The position numbers were made by a program, and so were the translations under genes. Below, in pieces: positions 16,105 through 29,215 of a stretch of DNA of 64,000 nt. Origin of the DNA: Yuukianura sp. NJ FZ-2021. Taxonomy: Eukaryota. The stretch spans positions 1,302,001 through 1,366,000 of the forward strand of contig CM102283.1 in assembly GCA_046563655.1 (NCBI GenBank), read 5' to 3'. Position 1 is the stretch's first letter. Each line of letters starts with the position of its first letter. A model generated the notes under the pieces. The model saw nothing but the letters and a program-made list of their open reading frames with translations. It ran no database searches and was not told the DNA's origin.

Positions 16105-18267
16105 TTATTCCGTTAGTTCTGGAAATAGAAACCTGTACTCTTCGTCACAGGGGTTAGAGGCTCTAAATTCCAGGTAGAGCATTCCCGTGTTGTGCCAATG
16201 GTACAGAGCTGCGACCTAGACCAAGATATACTTAATGATTAATGAAATATAATTAATAATAGTTATAGTATTTTTTGAAAGTAGAGCGACATTTACAATT
16301 AGAATGTGCCAAATTTGATGAGAGGAGCCAACGTAGTTAACGAGTCCAGGGAAGAACCTTTCTGGAATTCTGAATATGAAGAAGAGGAAGGCTACGGCAG
16401 TGATGAGGTACATTGCAGCTATGCGCGGGAGGAGGAGCTGTGTTTTAAATTACAAATTTTGAAAACGAAAACATTTTGATTTTATTTTTTTTTTGAAAAT
16501 TTGATTTTGGAATTTACCGCCACTACAGGACTGTCCATGCCTCCATGAAGGATTGCCCAGTGACCTGTGGGGATGACCCCATAAGCTGCCCAGCCTCCGA
16601 AGACAAGCAGGCGCAAATGGAAGTACTCTTCTGTTACGAGTTCCTTCTTCGATAACATTGGAAAAATCTGCATCGCCATGGCAGAAGTGAAGATGGCACC
16701 GACAGTCACCAAGTAAAAGTTCAACCAGAATGGTACACATGAAAACGCATAGTAGATTCTACAAAAGACAAAGCAGTCAAAATGCTTTAAATTTTTCAAA
16801 TTTTTCAAGACTTGAACCTCAAAAATTCATGGTTTTATTTTTACCCGGAAATGTAAACTGCCAAAAGTGCGAGTGAGACACCAAACAGGTCAGCAAATAG
16901 CCACCGTCGGTAGAATCGTTCCGAATGGCAGCAGAAAATGTGGTACAGAGATGAAAGAAGCATACATGCCTATAGGTTCAAAATTTCACGAAAGATTATT
17001 TTCAAAAGTTTCACTTTAAAAAAAAGAATTTCCAAAATTTTTTGTAGTTTACTTGAAATGAGACAAGCATGAGCGTCATGACCATTTGGTCCCACGGATG
17101 TGTTGTTGGAAGGTCAAGCAAACCGCAAACGTCGTAAATGGCCAGACTCAGGAAAAATATCCAGCCAATGAAATGCGTCCAAATATTCATCGTTTCATTT
17201 GTCATCCAAAACACGCTGCAGATAAAATTTTATGAAATTTCATTTATTAGTTTTATAATAACAATAATTTTTTATTATTTCTTAACTTATTATTAGAACA
17301 AAATTCGTTTGCGAATTTGCGAAAGTTACAACGAAACTACTATGCTGTTGAAACAAAAAGTTTTCCTTATTTTTTAAATTTTATTTCTTTCATGTGTGAA
17401 GATACGGTGCAATTTTTGCAGTTTCCCAACTTGAAACGAAAGTTTCTTCACTTTCGTTACGCAAAGCTTCAAATGTAAACTACATTGCCAAAATTTGTGG
17501 CAACGCGGCTTTTGCAATTCTACTTTTGACATTCCCTCACCTTCATTCTGTGCCTTCATTTGCAATAATCAATAACTGTGAATTATGTTGTTTTTTTTTT
17601 GCAAATTTAAACGGGATCCGTACGAGTCGCTCAATATGTAACGAAAAACTAAAAGCCAGGTCAAGTATTTCCACAAATGTTGATTTGCATTAGAAAAATA
17701 TTTTTGCAAACATGATAGTCAGCAGATTATTTCAAGTTTTTTGTGCTCTTAAATTTTGAGTTAAGTTAATACAATATTGAATTTACATATTATAATATGA
17801 ATTCCTTGTAATTTATAAATATGTTTTACAGAAATGGACTAATTTACTATAATAAAATAAGTAAGCCGATTTTAATAAAAGTTTGTTTCGTACCTCTGCA
17901 TACATTGTTTCGGAGAAATGCTTGACCTATAGCCCCCCGTGATGAAGGGATTGAACTTCAAGTAGGAAGGAGCATCTTCAAAGTTGAACACTCTCTTATC
18001 CAGCGTCTCCCCACTTGCACAGACGTGACCTTGAGACCCCTTGAGATCATAGTTCGTGAGTTTGTCCTTGTCCAGGCCCTTGGAACAAGGCCCCCAGCCC
18101 TTGGAGTCTCCATGCCCGTCTTCGGGAAACGAACACTTCTTCTTCATCCTCTGAGTCAAACTGGTTGTCTGGGCAGGGGTCGTGTCCTCTGTCGGCTCTG
18201 AAGGGTCCCCCCTTGGGGAAGGGCAGTTGGTTGGTGCACTCCACCAACAAATCTTCAGAGGTAACAT
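16105..18267 (-). CDS. PAQR3: Progestin and adipoQ receptor family member 3-like (PAQR3), multi-exon
   Basis: FEDAPSYLKFNPFITGGYR, NETMNIWTH, SSLYHIFCCHSER, YGVIPTGHW, RIPERFFPGLVNYVGSSHQIWH motifs across GT-AG exons. Confidence 0.88.
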
Positions 18268-19055
18268 GTCTCCTTTCCCAATTTTTTGCTACCTTTGCCA
18301 AATTTTTGCAATTGCAATTTGCAACAAACGGAAGTAAGAGTGGAAGACGGTTGTGAAAGAGGAGCAACTTTTGACAGAAAGGATTGAGATTTGGAGGCCA
18401 CGGGGGGAATTGGGGCCTGTGCGAAATCAATAAAAGCTGTGGGGGAGGCTGGGGGCGGGGAATTTTGCACAAGAACAACTAAGGAACAAGAAGCTTTTGC
18501 ACATGTACAGTGGAAAAGCAAAGTGACTTTTGCACTTGCGTACTTGAAAAACCAGACGTGAAAACACAGAAAGAAGAAAAGTGAAAGTAAGGCACTGTGC
18601 AAAAAATTTTTTTCTAGAGAAGAGCAGGAATTATTCGCAACTCGTTTTATTTCTTTTCGCGACGGCGTTATTTATGCTTCCTCGTCGCAAGCCATTTGGG
18701 CAGCTCTTCGCGTATAATTCTGGTCGAATAGTTTGCAACCACAAGTTGCAACATTTATAAACTTTGTATTTCAGACATGTGCGAAGATAAATACTAATTC
18801 TCATATGTTAAAAATTTGTAATCCGGGGTTTTTTCCTTGGGGTTCTTTTAATCACAGAATTCAAAAATTACACTTCGAAAATATACGGAATTCAAGGAAT
18901 TGTATTTGGGTAAATTTTTCGGAAATGATCGATAACTCCTTTCAACAAACGCGAACTTTCTCCTCCAAACCTATATTTCTCCTCTCTCCTCATATGTTCT
19001 GTTTTAGAACAAGGTTTAAAATATTTTTTGTAGAAAACGAAACAAACAATAGTTA

Positions 19056-19790
19056 ATGGAAATAGAAGAAGATGAAGAAAAAATTATTAGGGGCAATTCA
19101 GTTGAAAGTCAGGATTTGCCAGCAGCCTCAAGCAAAGAAGTCGTGAGTCCAACCAGAAATTTTTTACAATAAATTTTTGTTTTTATTAAAGTTTAATTAT
19201 TAAGTGTTAATTTTTTTTTAAATGATAGAATGAACTTTAGAAACAACACATCGGTATTCATTTTAAATTAACTTTGCCTAGGTTGCATCTGGTGTTGTCA
19301 GTGTCTTTACTGGAGTGATTGGAGTTGGAGCTCTTCTGTACGCAGCAATAGTGGCTCACCAAGACGATGCTCTTCGCTTCCTCGCAAATTTACTTGGCCT
19401 TGGATTTCTCGTGTTGGCCGATATTTTTCTACTGCGCACGTCGCTTGAATGGATGATCCTCGGAGCTACGGTTAGAAGCGAATTAAAGACACTGCAAAGC
19501 CTTATTTTGACGCTGATCCTTCTGGACGTCTCTATAATTGCTGCATGTACTGCGACAGTATTTTGGTTAGAAATCTACTCGTTCCTCCCCGTGCTCTTCC
19601 TCATCGTTAGCTTCAACATTTGGCGCCAAAGGACTCTCATTGTCAAGTATTTTTGTATCTAAAACCCAATTTAATTAGTCAAAATATATATTTACATAGT
19701 TAAAGTTTTTATCAAATTTCGTTTTAAAGGACATTTTGGGTGCCCATCCTTTGCTTACACAAAAGCCCAGACAGATTGTATCTATCTAAG
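19056..19790 (+). CDS. Uncharacterised small multi-pass membrane protein (about 4 TM); 3' end uncertain
   Basis: ATG 19056 MEIEEDEEK..|GTGAGT intron..CTAG|VASGVVSVFTGVIGVGALLYAAIV... four hydrophobic segments; divergent from PAQR3. Confidence 0.55.
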
Positions 19791-20050
19791 TCATTGATTA
19801 TTATAATCATTCATTATAAATTTAACTCAAATTATTCTATATCAACGTGGAAGTTTCATAATTCTTAAGGTATGACATTTTGATATCCTGCTACATAAAC
19901 TTCCAACAGTTGTTCAAGCGGTGATTTAATTTTGTTTTAGCATCAACAAAATTAATTGACAGTTGATAGAACATATTTTCCTCTTTCTGCCAAAGTTATT
20001 TCCTTGCTTTTTCTTATTAGATGATTAACAATTATACAGTAAGTGTTTAT

Positions 20051-20150
20051 NNNNNNNNNNNNNNNNNNNNNNNNNNNNNNNNNNNNNNNNNNNNNNNNNN
20101 NNNNNNNNNNNNNNNNNNNNNNNNNNNNNNNNNNNNNNNNNNNNNNNNNN
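20051..20150. other. Assembly gap (100 N)
   Basis: Run of N; identical 14-mer cagtaagtgtttat on both sides. Confidence 0.99.
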
Positions 20151-20688
20151 CAGTAAGTGTTTATTTTGCCGTCGAGCTACTTTACGAATCCACTTTATGC
20201 GTCGGTCTGTCTGTCCTGTATTTACAATTTGTAAATCGACTTAATGCTTCCCAACATTTTTTAGCATAATAGGCAAGATCATAGTTTTCTATTGGTTTTG
20301 TATTCTGTGTGGCTAGAATTGACTTATTTTCAATTAAAGTTCAAGGTTACCGACCAGAAAAAATACATAGTCAACCATGCACTGGTTATAACTATCTCGT
20401 GGTTAGAATTACCCGTTGTTATAATTTACACAATTTATCGTCGTTTCCGCCAACACTTTGACCTAAAACCAAATTCTTTTGCAATACAAGCACCCACGTG
20501 TAGATTGCATACGAAGGAACTGGTTTTCTGTCTCCATTTACTACAATGAAAGTATGTCACTAGGAAACTATCGCCATTGCTCAGTTTTTCCCAACCATGA
20601 CAATATCAGTTGCGTTGATCATGTAACTATTTGAGTGCGTTAAATTTAAAATTTTAATTAAAAAAATTAGTTGTGTGAAAACCACTAC

Positions 20689-22448
20689 ATGGCTCGTAGT
20701 GTTTGTTCGATTTTCCTCGAAGTCATTTTGACAATTTTCTCCTTAGCAGTTTTTTGTGTTATTTTGCTCCCGCTCCTTCTCGTGCTCTTTGGATCATGTC
20801 ACGCGTGGAGACTGTTGCTGATTGCCTGGGTGAAATTATTTCCCAAAGGACGGATACGAATCATGGGAGGTCAGAATCCAGTGGTTGCCATTGACGACCT
20901 CCAGAGGCCGCTGTCCACACTTGTTGGCATGGGGGCCTTTGATGGACAATTTGACGTTTGACAGTGCCCTTGAGTACGTATCGGCAGTTGTCAACGCAAA
21001 GGACGCTTCAGGTCAACTCCTAAATCCAGAGTTCCATCAGTACTATGAAGAGTGGTTTGGATTCTTATGGTGGAAGTGGGAGGGAGAATTCAAACTTTCG
21101 GATCATGTCAAGTTATGGGACACTGGTGACAGGATATCTGAAGAGATGGATGTTATTAGCATCATTTCGTACCTGGAGAAGTTGGCATTTCCAAAAGCAA
21201 AAAGTCCATGGGAGGTCATTGTCCTCAGAAACGTCCATCTTTGCGGTGTCAAGGACGAGCAAGAGCCAAAGACGCTTATAATTTTTAGGTAACATTTCAA
21301 AAACACCGGGAAGATTTTCAAAAAAAAAAAATTAAGTTCAACAACAACTTTGAATTAAAATCCAGAAAACTTTAGTTGTGAATTTGTTTTGGACAGATTT
21401 CATCACGGGTTGGCCGATGGAATTGCGGTGATGCAGTTGTTTATGAAGTTTGTGTTTGACGATGAATTTGAAAAAGTCGCGCGTCCAAAATACATTGAAC
21501 GAGACAAATGTCAAGAAAAACTGCGTCGTTTGCTGGCGATTGTACAACTGCCGTATGAATTTTTCAAGCAGAGTATAACTGCGTACGATGTAAACGAGTG
21601 GCATTTGCCAGAGAGACAACTTAAGCGCCAAGTTTCAAAAGCCTGGACAAAACGTATTCCGATTGATGTCATCAAGCAGGTCAAGGTCGCTCATAACGTC
21701 GGGTTCACAGCCGTACTCATTTCGGCCATTTCCGGAGCTATTCGGGAAGTTATGATTGCAAACAAGGTTCAACTTCCAAGAAAAATTCACGCCATTCTTC
21801 CTCTTCCTTGGCCAGGGCACCCTAGAAAACTTTGCAATCACTGGTACAATCTCACCTCAATCTAAATTTAAACAAAATTAAACAATAATTAAATGTTTTT
21901 TATATGTAATCGTACTTATTTTATTTCTAATTATTTTAATAATTTATTATTTTGCTTAACTATTTAATCATAATTTTATTTTTCAACTTTTTAGGAGTTA
22001 TGGCTTCATAACGCTTCCAGTTGGAACTGAAAATAGACTGAAGAGACTAAAAAAGTGTGAGAAGTACGTGACACAACTCAAGAAGTCAGTAACCCCTGCC
22101 GTGAACTTTGCCATATTGAAGATGTTTAACAGCCTGCCGACTTGGGTAATTCGGAATATGACCTTGACCAACTACTTTCCCACGGTCATCTTGTCCAACT
22201 TCCCTGGACCCCCTCCAGGAACAAAAGGCGTCGGAGACTTCCCATTGGTCGACAGTTGCTTTACTGGTGGACCACTCCGCGGAAGCATTCCGATCAGTAT
22301 TACCATTCTCAGTTACGACGGATTTCTACGCATCGTCCTTGGCGTAGATGAAGCCATTTTCCCAAGGTATGAGATGACGACGCACATGATTCAAAACATT
22401 GAAAGTGAATTTCAACTGTTGAGCACCACACCGACGGACGTACCGTAA
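20689..22448 (+). CDS. Wax ester synthase/diacylglycerol O-acyltransferase (WS/DGAT)-like protein, with an apparent 1-nt frameshift at ~20950
   Basis: N-terminal TM; KSPWEV..., spliced R|FHHGLADG (HHxxxDG catalytic motif), LSNFPGP, ITILSYDG C-terminal motifs; 3 exons. Confidence 0.85.
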
Positions 22449-23047
22449 ACTTTTTTTTACCGTAAATTTTTTTACTGGTAAACGTACCGTAACCGAATTC
22501 ACAAACTGACTTGTCCAGTAAAAAGTACGACCAGAACATGCTTATTCCGTTCGCTAAAAAAGTCAATGTTACAGATTTTTCGATGACAATTTACATTAAT
22601 TGAAAAATAACTTTAACAATAATTACTTAAGTCGTAGTATGCCGGAATTTTCTTTTTTTAAACATGTTGATCATCATGAAATGCATTTCTCGTTAGTGAA
22701 TTTGAATTTATTTTTCCAATGATACTTTCATAGCATTAGGATTTTCTAGCCATTACACTGTGTGATGAAGTATTGTATCGTGGAGATTAGTGCAGGTATG
22801 GGAAAATAGCTCAAGCTACTTTATGGTTCGACCTTGTCTGTCTGTCCCGTCTTCCGGCAATTGGATGAAATTATGTTGGAAACGGCTAAAGATTTGCGGA
22901 ATTTGTTTTACTAATGTACGCTAGAGGTGACGGGGATGTTCTTTATTGAACTCCTTCCGGGTCAAAGGTCAAGGTCAAGCAGTTTCATCCACGTGAACAA
23001 GGGAAAAGACTTATAGTCAAAATGAGTTTAACTTATGGCTAACTAAC

Positions 23048-25551
23048 TTAAACGACCTGCCAGAGTGTTTCATACTTTATGTTTCGCACCAACGGTTGGA
23101 TTGCATGTGCAAGTGTTTTAATTGCAAAGTAGTAAGGAATCAGCACAGCTTCAGACGTTGCAGAAACGAGTCCCATCAAGAACCCAAGTGGCAGCACCAT
23201 AAAAATTAACCAGACTCTTGAATGCAGATTCAATTCTTTCGGGCCTTGATCCTGTCGTCCCCCCTTAATCCATGCCATTCTAAGCCTTAGTTTGTCATGC
23301 AAGTTTGTGAGGACATGAAAACGATTGCCCATTATGCCAGACTGAGTGAGTCGTTTTATATTGGATGTAAAGTCGTGCCAGCTATAGGAACTGCGTAGAT
23401 TGAAGCCAATCGCTACATCTTGTGCGAATATCGTCTCATCCAAAAAGTAATAGATTGACCGAGTAGAAGTGTTGTTTCCATGGGAAAGTTGTTCCAAATG
23501 ATCAAAGTAACTTTTGGCCACTGATTTATCCATGTAAATATGTTGAATAGAGAATTCTTTGCTACATCGTGCCATGTTTTCTTCATCAGTGACACCACAT
23601 GGTAGGAGTCGCATGTTTTGGAATAGGTTGTATGCGGATTTTTTAGCTTTGCCCATTTGCTTAAGTTTGTTCAATCCGATGCGCACGTAATCTGATACAA
23701 CTTCCGTTACGTCCGCTGGATCACGTACGAAATCTTTCAGTTGCCGTAGCAACACCTCTTGCATACTTGATTTAATATATTCTTTGCAAGTTTCTCCCTT
23801 TTTTAAACCCAGAATACGGTTTCTGTCGAGGATTCTGTCTTGGTATTCAGGTGGGCTACAACAATCAAAGATTGACAGAAGAATACCAACATAAGGAACA
23901 AAAACATAATTTTGCTCAATTGCTTCCGCCATTGAATGTAGTTCACGGCCAGGAAACGGTAGTGCAAGTGACGTAGTAACAATGCCCTTGTAACCATTTG
24001 TAAGCACCACAGCCATCAATAGAAATGTTGCAGTAAAGGCTTGAAGTCCCTTTCCACGCATGCCTGGAACGTTAGACAATGAGAAGCCGACTTCCAACAA
24101 GGTGAGGTATATAAATACAGGGACCTGTAGCGATACGGGCCTGTAGTGAGGGCATGCGGCGAAGAATACAAAAGACATAACAATTGAAATGCACAACCAG
24201 CACCATGCTTTCGTAGTAAATGGGCGAGTGTAGTCTTCCAATCCAAACCGAACACCGTCTCGGTAGCATGTGTATCCATACAAGCGCATTGTCTTGAGCG
24301 GAAACGACCTGAGGCGATGCAATTTATCTCCAGAAGTAAAGATATCATAGTACATTTCGATTGTCATATCTAAAACCATTCAAGAAAACAAATCAGATCA
24401 AATAAAAGTTATCTAGCTCAGTAATGATGAGTGCAATTAGTAGGGGTTAGCTTTCACTAAGGCGATAGTTATACTTATACAGCACTAAAAACTAATATCT
24501 GCAATTTAGATTGTTCCTGCCATGAAAAATTTGGTTTATTTTAATATGTGTCATTTGCCTGCTTGTTATAATAATTTTAGTTAAACTATAAGTACTGTAA
24601 ACGTTATTTTTACCTGCTCCTCTTGTACCAAGTGCAACGCTTTTGTTGAATGGAGCAACAAGGAATGCCTGTAGCGGAGGAAACATCAGCTTATGTTCTA
24701 ACCATTCCATTCTCATCAAACTTGACCCGGCAGCAACAGACAACGTTTTGTAAAATCGTCTTCTGAGGACTTCAAAGTCCAGAGACAGCGGTACTGACTT
24801 GTTGTCTAGAACTTCAAAATACAGTACACCCATCACGGGAGCGCCAACAAAGATTTTAAATTTGCTACTGCTGACTGGTACACCACAGTCTGTGTAAACT
24901 ACTCTCACAAGGATCCGACTGAAATATAGTTGTTGCCTTTCCTTTTCCTTCATCTCTGCAGTTAACTGCTTAACTTCCGCTTTATATCTGAGTCTGACTT
25001 TTTGGAATAACGCAGTAGTCTGTTATTACTTGAAGCTGAGGATCCTGTATCATGTAAGTTTGGAGAAGTACATCATGCCTCTCCCTATATATTAAACCAT
25101 TTGACCAATTCTTTATGTAAAACGGTCTGTGACGCCAGTAGTCATCCAAGTATCCAAAAATGTCAACTTCCTCGTAACCCGTTTGCGGGAAAATCGCTGT
25201 GACCCGAACGCAGTTGACGTTTTTTATATTATAGTGGGGGCTGTCTAAAACACAGAACGATGGACTTCTTGTTTCAGTGAAATTACTTGACACTGTCTTA
25301 GTGGCACATAAGCTCCTTTCCTCCCGCCGTGGTTTTGCCATTTTTCCATTTTGCGCCAATGTTAGCGCATGTGAACTGTAGATATTTGTGTACGTCGAGT
25401 ACATGATAACATGGTTGTAACAATTGGCCCAACTTCCGCCCAAATACAAATCCATGTCGAGGTCTCCAATGACAGCAGACTTCTTCTTTGCGGATTCCAC
25501 TGCACCAAACAGCACAACAAAAACGACGAATAAAATAAACTTTGCAGACAT
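23048..25551 (-). CDS. Divergent ionotropic receptor (IR)/iGluR-like chemoreceptor, apparent frameshift at ~25020
   Basis: Signal peptide MSAKFILFVVFVVLFGAVES; M1 RPFTTKAWCWL, pore-like TLLEVG, M3 VLTNGYKGIVTTSLALP, LTQSGI, final TM; intron ~24613-24372. Confidence 0.7.
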
Positions 25552-26959
25552 TTTCACAATTGTTTCAATTAAATTGTTTACTCCCGATAATTTTTGCGAA
25601 AAGAACTTTGTAGTAGTGAACGAATTTTGATGTACCTTGGTGTTAGATACTAGACAATCAACAGCATACTAAAGACGTCTTTGGGTAAAAAGTAGACAAT
25701 ATCTATTTAAAATTAATTATTATTAGCTAAAAAATTATTACTATTAAAGAAAGGCTGGCCAGCAGTGTAGGTATAGGGTAGTGGCGACATGCAAAGAATA
25801 CGAGAAATCGGTTAGGTAACCAACACTTCTTGATTACATTAAAGGCGGGAATTTTCAAAATTTTGCATTTAAAAAATTAACGTTTGGAGGTTTGTCTTCT
25901 TTGCATAAATAAGAATGACTCCAACTTGGAGCCACTTCAATAAGGCATAAACACGAAAGTCTAAAACAAATTAAGCGCAAAAAAAACCTTGGCTGACCTT
26001 GGCTGAAAAAATTAACACAAAATCTAAACTGATGAATTCAAACTACTAAAAAACAAGTATTTCTAACTATTTCAAACGCGACTTTTTTAAATTTTGAAAA
26101 ATTATGACACTCACTGAAACAAGTTTTGCACAAAGTAAAAAATTCTCGTCTTCTTAAGTTATATGCTTTGAGAAATGAAAAATTCTCACATTTTTGAACC
26201 AGACAGTGCCTCAGGAATTTAAGTTTCACCTTTGGTATTAAATTTAATAGTTTCGTGTTTCACTTCATTTTTGAAGTTCTTGAAGTATTGAATTCTAAAA
26301 ATAGGAGGCAAAAAATGAGAAATTGTGTTTTGAGCGTAAAGTCAAAATGTTTCTAGTCTTTGAAAAAATCACATCGAATTGTATCTAAATCCCAAATTTT
26401 GAAAACGCTTTTCTGTTAGGGTTCCACTTGAAGTATCGGACACTAGCCACAGTTTGTTTAAATTCTTGAACATTGGAAATACTTTTGGGACAATCTTACA
26501 TAATCATTTTACTGCAATCTCTTCGGACGTCTAGAATCTTGACCTTTACCATGTTAACAAGCAGTGTTCCGTCAAAAGCGCTTTTTGAAGTCGACGCTTT
26601 GCTTTTTGCTGGAAATATGCCATTTTTGCTGCTTTTGTTGCGTTTAACTTAAAAGGCAAAAAAAACATTTGCCTTCGTACCTCACAACACTGCTTTAAGA
26701 AGTAAACCTTATTTGGTACAATATCTGCCAGTTCTTTCAGTCTTAGACACTCCAAATCAAATTCAAGTTTTGCCGCAAAATATATAAAGTCACTGTTATT
26801 AACTGGCGAAGCATTCGCATTGGCTTACGTTTTATGCATTGGCATTGTCTGTTTGGCCGGCCGGCGTTTTCGGCAATTATCGCGAAAACGATTGAACATT
26901 TCCGGGCTCTGTTTTCACCGATGTACAGCTAGTGACACAATGATGTTCACTATTGAATA

Positions 26960-27290
26960 TCATCCCGGTGGGTCAATTCCTTCCGCGTCAAAGGTCGAGG
27001 TCAACCGGGATTCCCGGTAACATAGAAAATGACCTCTACAAAAGTTGTTCGCCCCATCGAGACCAACAACTTTTGTGTACATCAAGTGACCCAAGTGACT
27101 GCTTTCGGAGTCAAAGGTCAACTTTTTCGATTTCAACGTTCTGCTATGGGGGAAGTGGTGGAACCCAACATGACTCCCCGGGGAGAGGGGCGGGAAAGTT
27201 GGAGAACCTACCCCACTCCCATTAGAATGGGGTAGGAAAGTGGAGGGATCCCACCCCCACTCCCATTGAGGGTCAAGGTCAACGGTTCTC
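26960..27290. repeat. Probable transposon-derived segment with direct repeats (ggaaagt.ggag...ccccactcccatt x2) and AGGTCA-rich motifs
   Basis: GC-richer island, duplicated ~45-bp motif at 27193-27267, (a/g)aggtc(a/g)aggtcaac at ~26990 and ~27270. Confidence 0.4.
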
Positions 27291-27742
27291 TTCGCAATTT
27301 ATTTACACCGATTTACAACCGTTTATTTTGCTTCAGGTTTTGAAGCTGTCGAAATCGCTACCAAATGTATTCCACCTTTACCGCATCACTTTCCCTCGGC
27401 ATGATTAAAACGGCACTACTACACTTGTATGGTGAATTACCGCAAACCAGCGACGTAATAATTAAAAGTAAGCTTTTGTTCTGGACTTAGTTCGTCTTGT
27501 CCTGAAAATCTTTTCATCTCAACGGATGATAGAAATTGGAAGAATTGTCAAATAAGAAAAAATGCTAAATAAAACCGAAACTTTGCTATGGCGTGAAACG
27601 GCACGTGTGGACAGGCGTCATTAATTACCCAATTTTAATTTGCTGATACAACTCTATTAGTTGCTTTGTGAATAACACTTCAATACACTTTCAGCATACA
27701 TTGGTGCTCGTTAGTGTGAGTGAGTTGGGCAAACAGTGCACA

Positions 27743-29215
27743 ATGCTGGGCAAAAAGTCGTTGAGAGCTTTTCAAAAAATTTTGAAAATTGCGTACGTTT
27801 TAAATTTAAACACCATGGTTGTCACTGGGAGTCAACGAAAAACAGATGCAAAGATAGAACTAATTGCGACTAATCCAGCAACTTCCATTTTGAGGAAATT
27901 TAAAATTTCGCGCCTCGGATTCAAGGTCATGATGATTCTGATTTTTGGAAATTTTATTTTTGGAGCAGCTCGGATCGTCCAGTCGATTGCCTTTCTAGAA
28001 AAACCTTTTCAAAATATTATGTTCCAAGTGTTTGTCCAGAGTGTCAATCTTGTTTCTTGTACAATGAATTATACAATGTTCGAAAGAATGGATGACTGGG
28101 CTTGGAACATTTCAGCCTTCTTGGACTTGGAGTACCGCTTGACTCGTAAAAAAATTCTGTCTTTAAGTTTGCGCTCGTGTAATTTGTTTTAAACATCACG
28201 GAGTGAATTAAACAAAGAACACTGATTTTTTTTTAGAAAGATATCAAATTCGACCTGTCGGAGACAGAGCGTTGAAGTATATAGTATTCTTTACGCTGTG
28301 TTGTTTTACCGAAATTCCCTCAATGATGATTTTGTATTTGGCAAATATGGACAAACCGGTGTATCTTGGATCTTTACGGTACTACATACCACCTGAGTAC
28401 GTAATGACCAACTACGTCGCGTTTGTCCTTTTCTTTGTCCATGAAGTTGTTATGTTCTTGGCTACCGTTTTCGGGTCACTCCTACTTTGCTACATGTACA
28501 TCATGCTCTTACAAGGCGGTCGTTTTTGGCTAGAGGAGCTGGGGTGAGTAAAAGTACTTGTACGGTAAAAACTAAACCTGATTTTTCCTTAATTCAGTAT
28601 CAGTTTCTAACAATTACAAAAAATCTTCATCAAAATCTTTTTATGTTCCGTTTGCTTCTTTTTTTTAGTCCATATCAACAGAACACTACCGGCGGAACAC
28701 CATCGACTTTGAAAAAATCCCATTCGACGCACAATGACTTACGAACATTTCCGATTACCTTGAACACTATCCACTGCTGGCAAATCCTGCTGACCTTCTA
28801 TGACAAATGCGCAAGAAGTGCCATCATTGGTCAACATATTTCCGTCCCTGCTGGACTCGTTACATGTACTTTTTCCACAATTAAATTCTGGGGATGGCAC
28901 AACTTTGAATCCATCCCGGCCGCCCTCTCATACCTCGTTTTTCCAGGGGGCATTGCCATCTTCTTCGCATGGATAGTTTTGATTCAGCCTCAAATTGCAG
29001 CGATCTATGTTACTTCCACTCGAATGAAAAACAGGCTATACACAACCTTAGAACGAGCGGAACCACAGGAGCGGGAATATCAACGTCGATGCATTCGGTC
29101 GCTGAGAGACATACGAGTGATGCTGGGCTCATTTTTCCATTACAAGACAACAACAATGCCACAAGTTCTGGACGAGTGCATTGACAGCACGATTGATCTT
29201 TTGGTGGCATCATAA
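27743..29215 (+). CDS. Divergent gustatory-receptor-like chemoreceptor, 3 exons (cluster C copy 1)
   Basis: MLGKKSLRAF...; GT-AG introns ~28146-28236 and ~28544-28668; C-terminal RSLRDIRVMLGSFFHY...STIDLLVAS. Confidence 0.75.

Noticed and set aside
20021-20269. ORF spanning the N run
   Set aside because: Artefact of the assembly gap.
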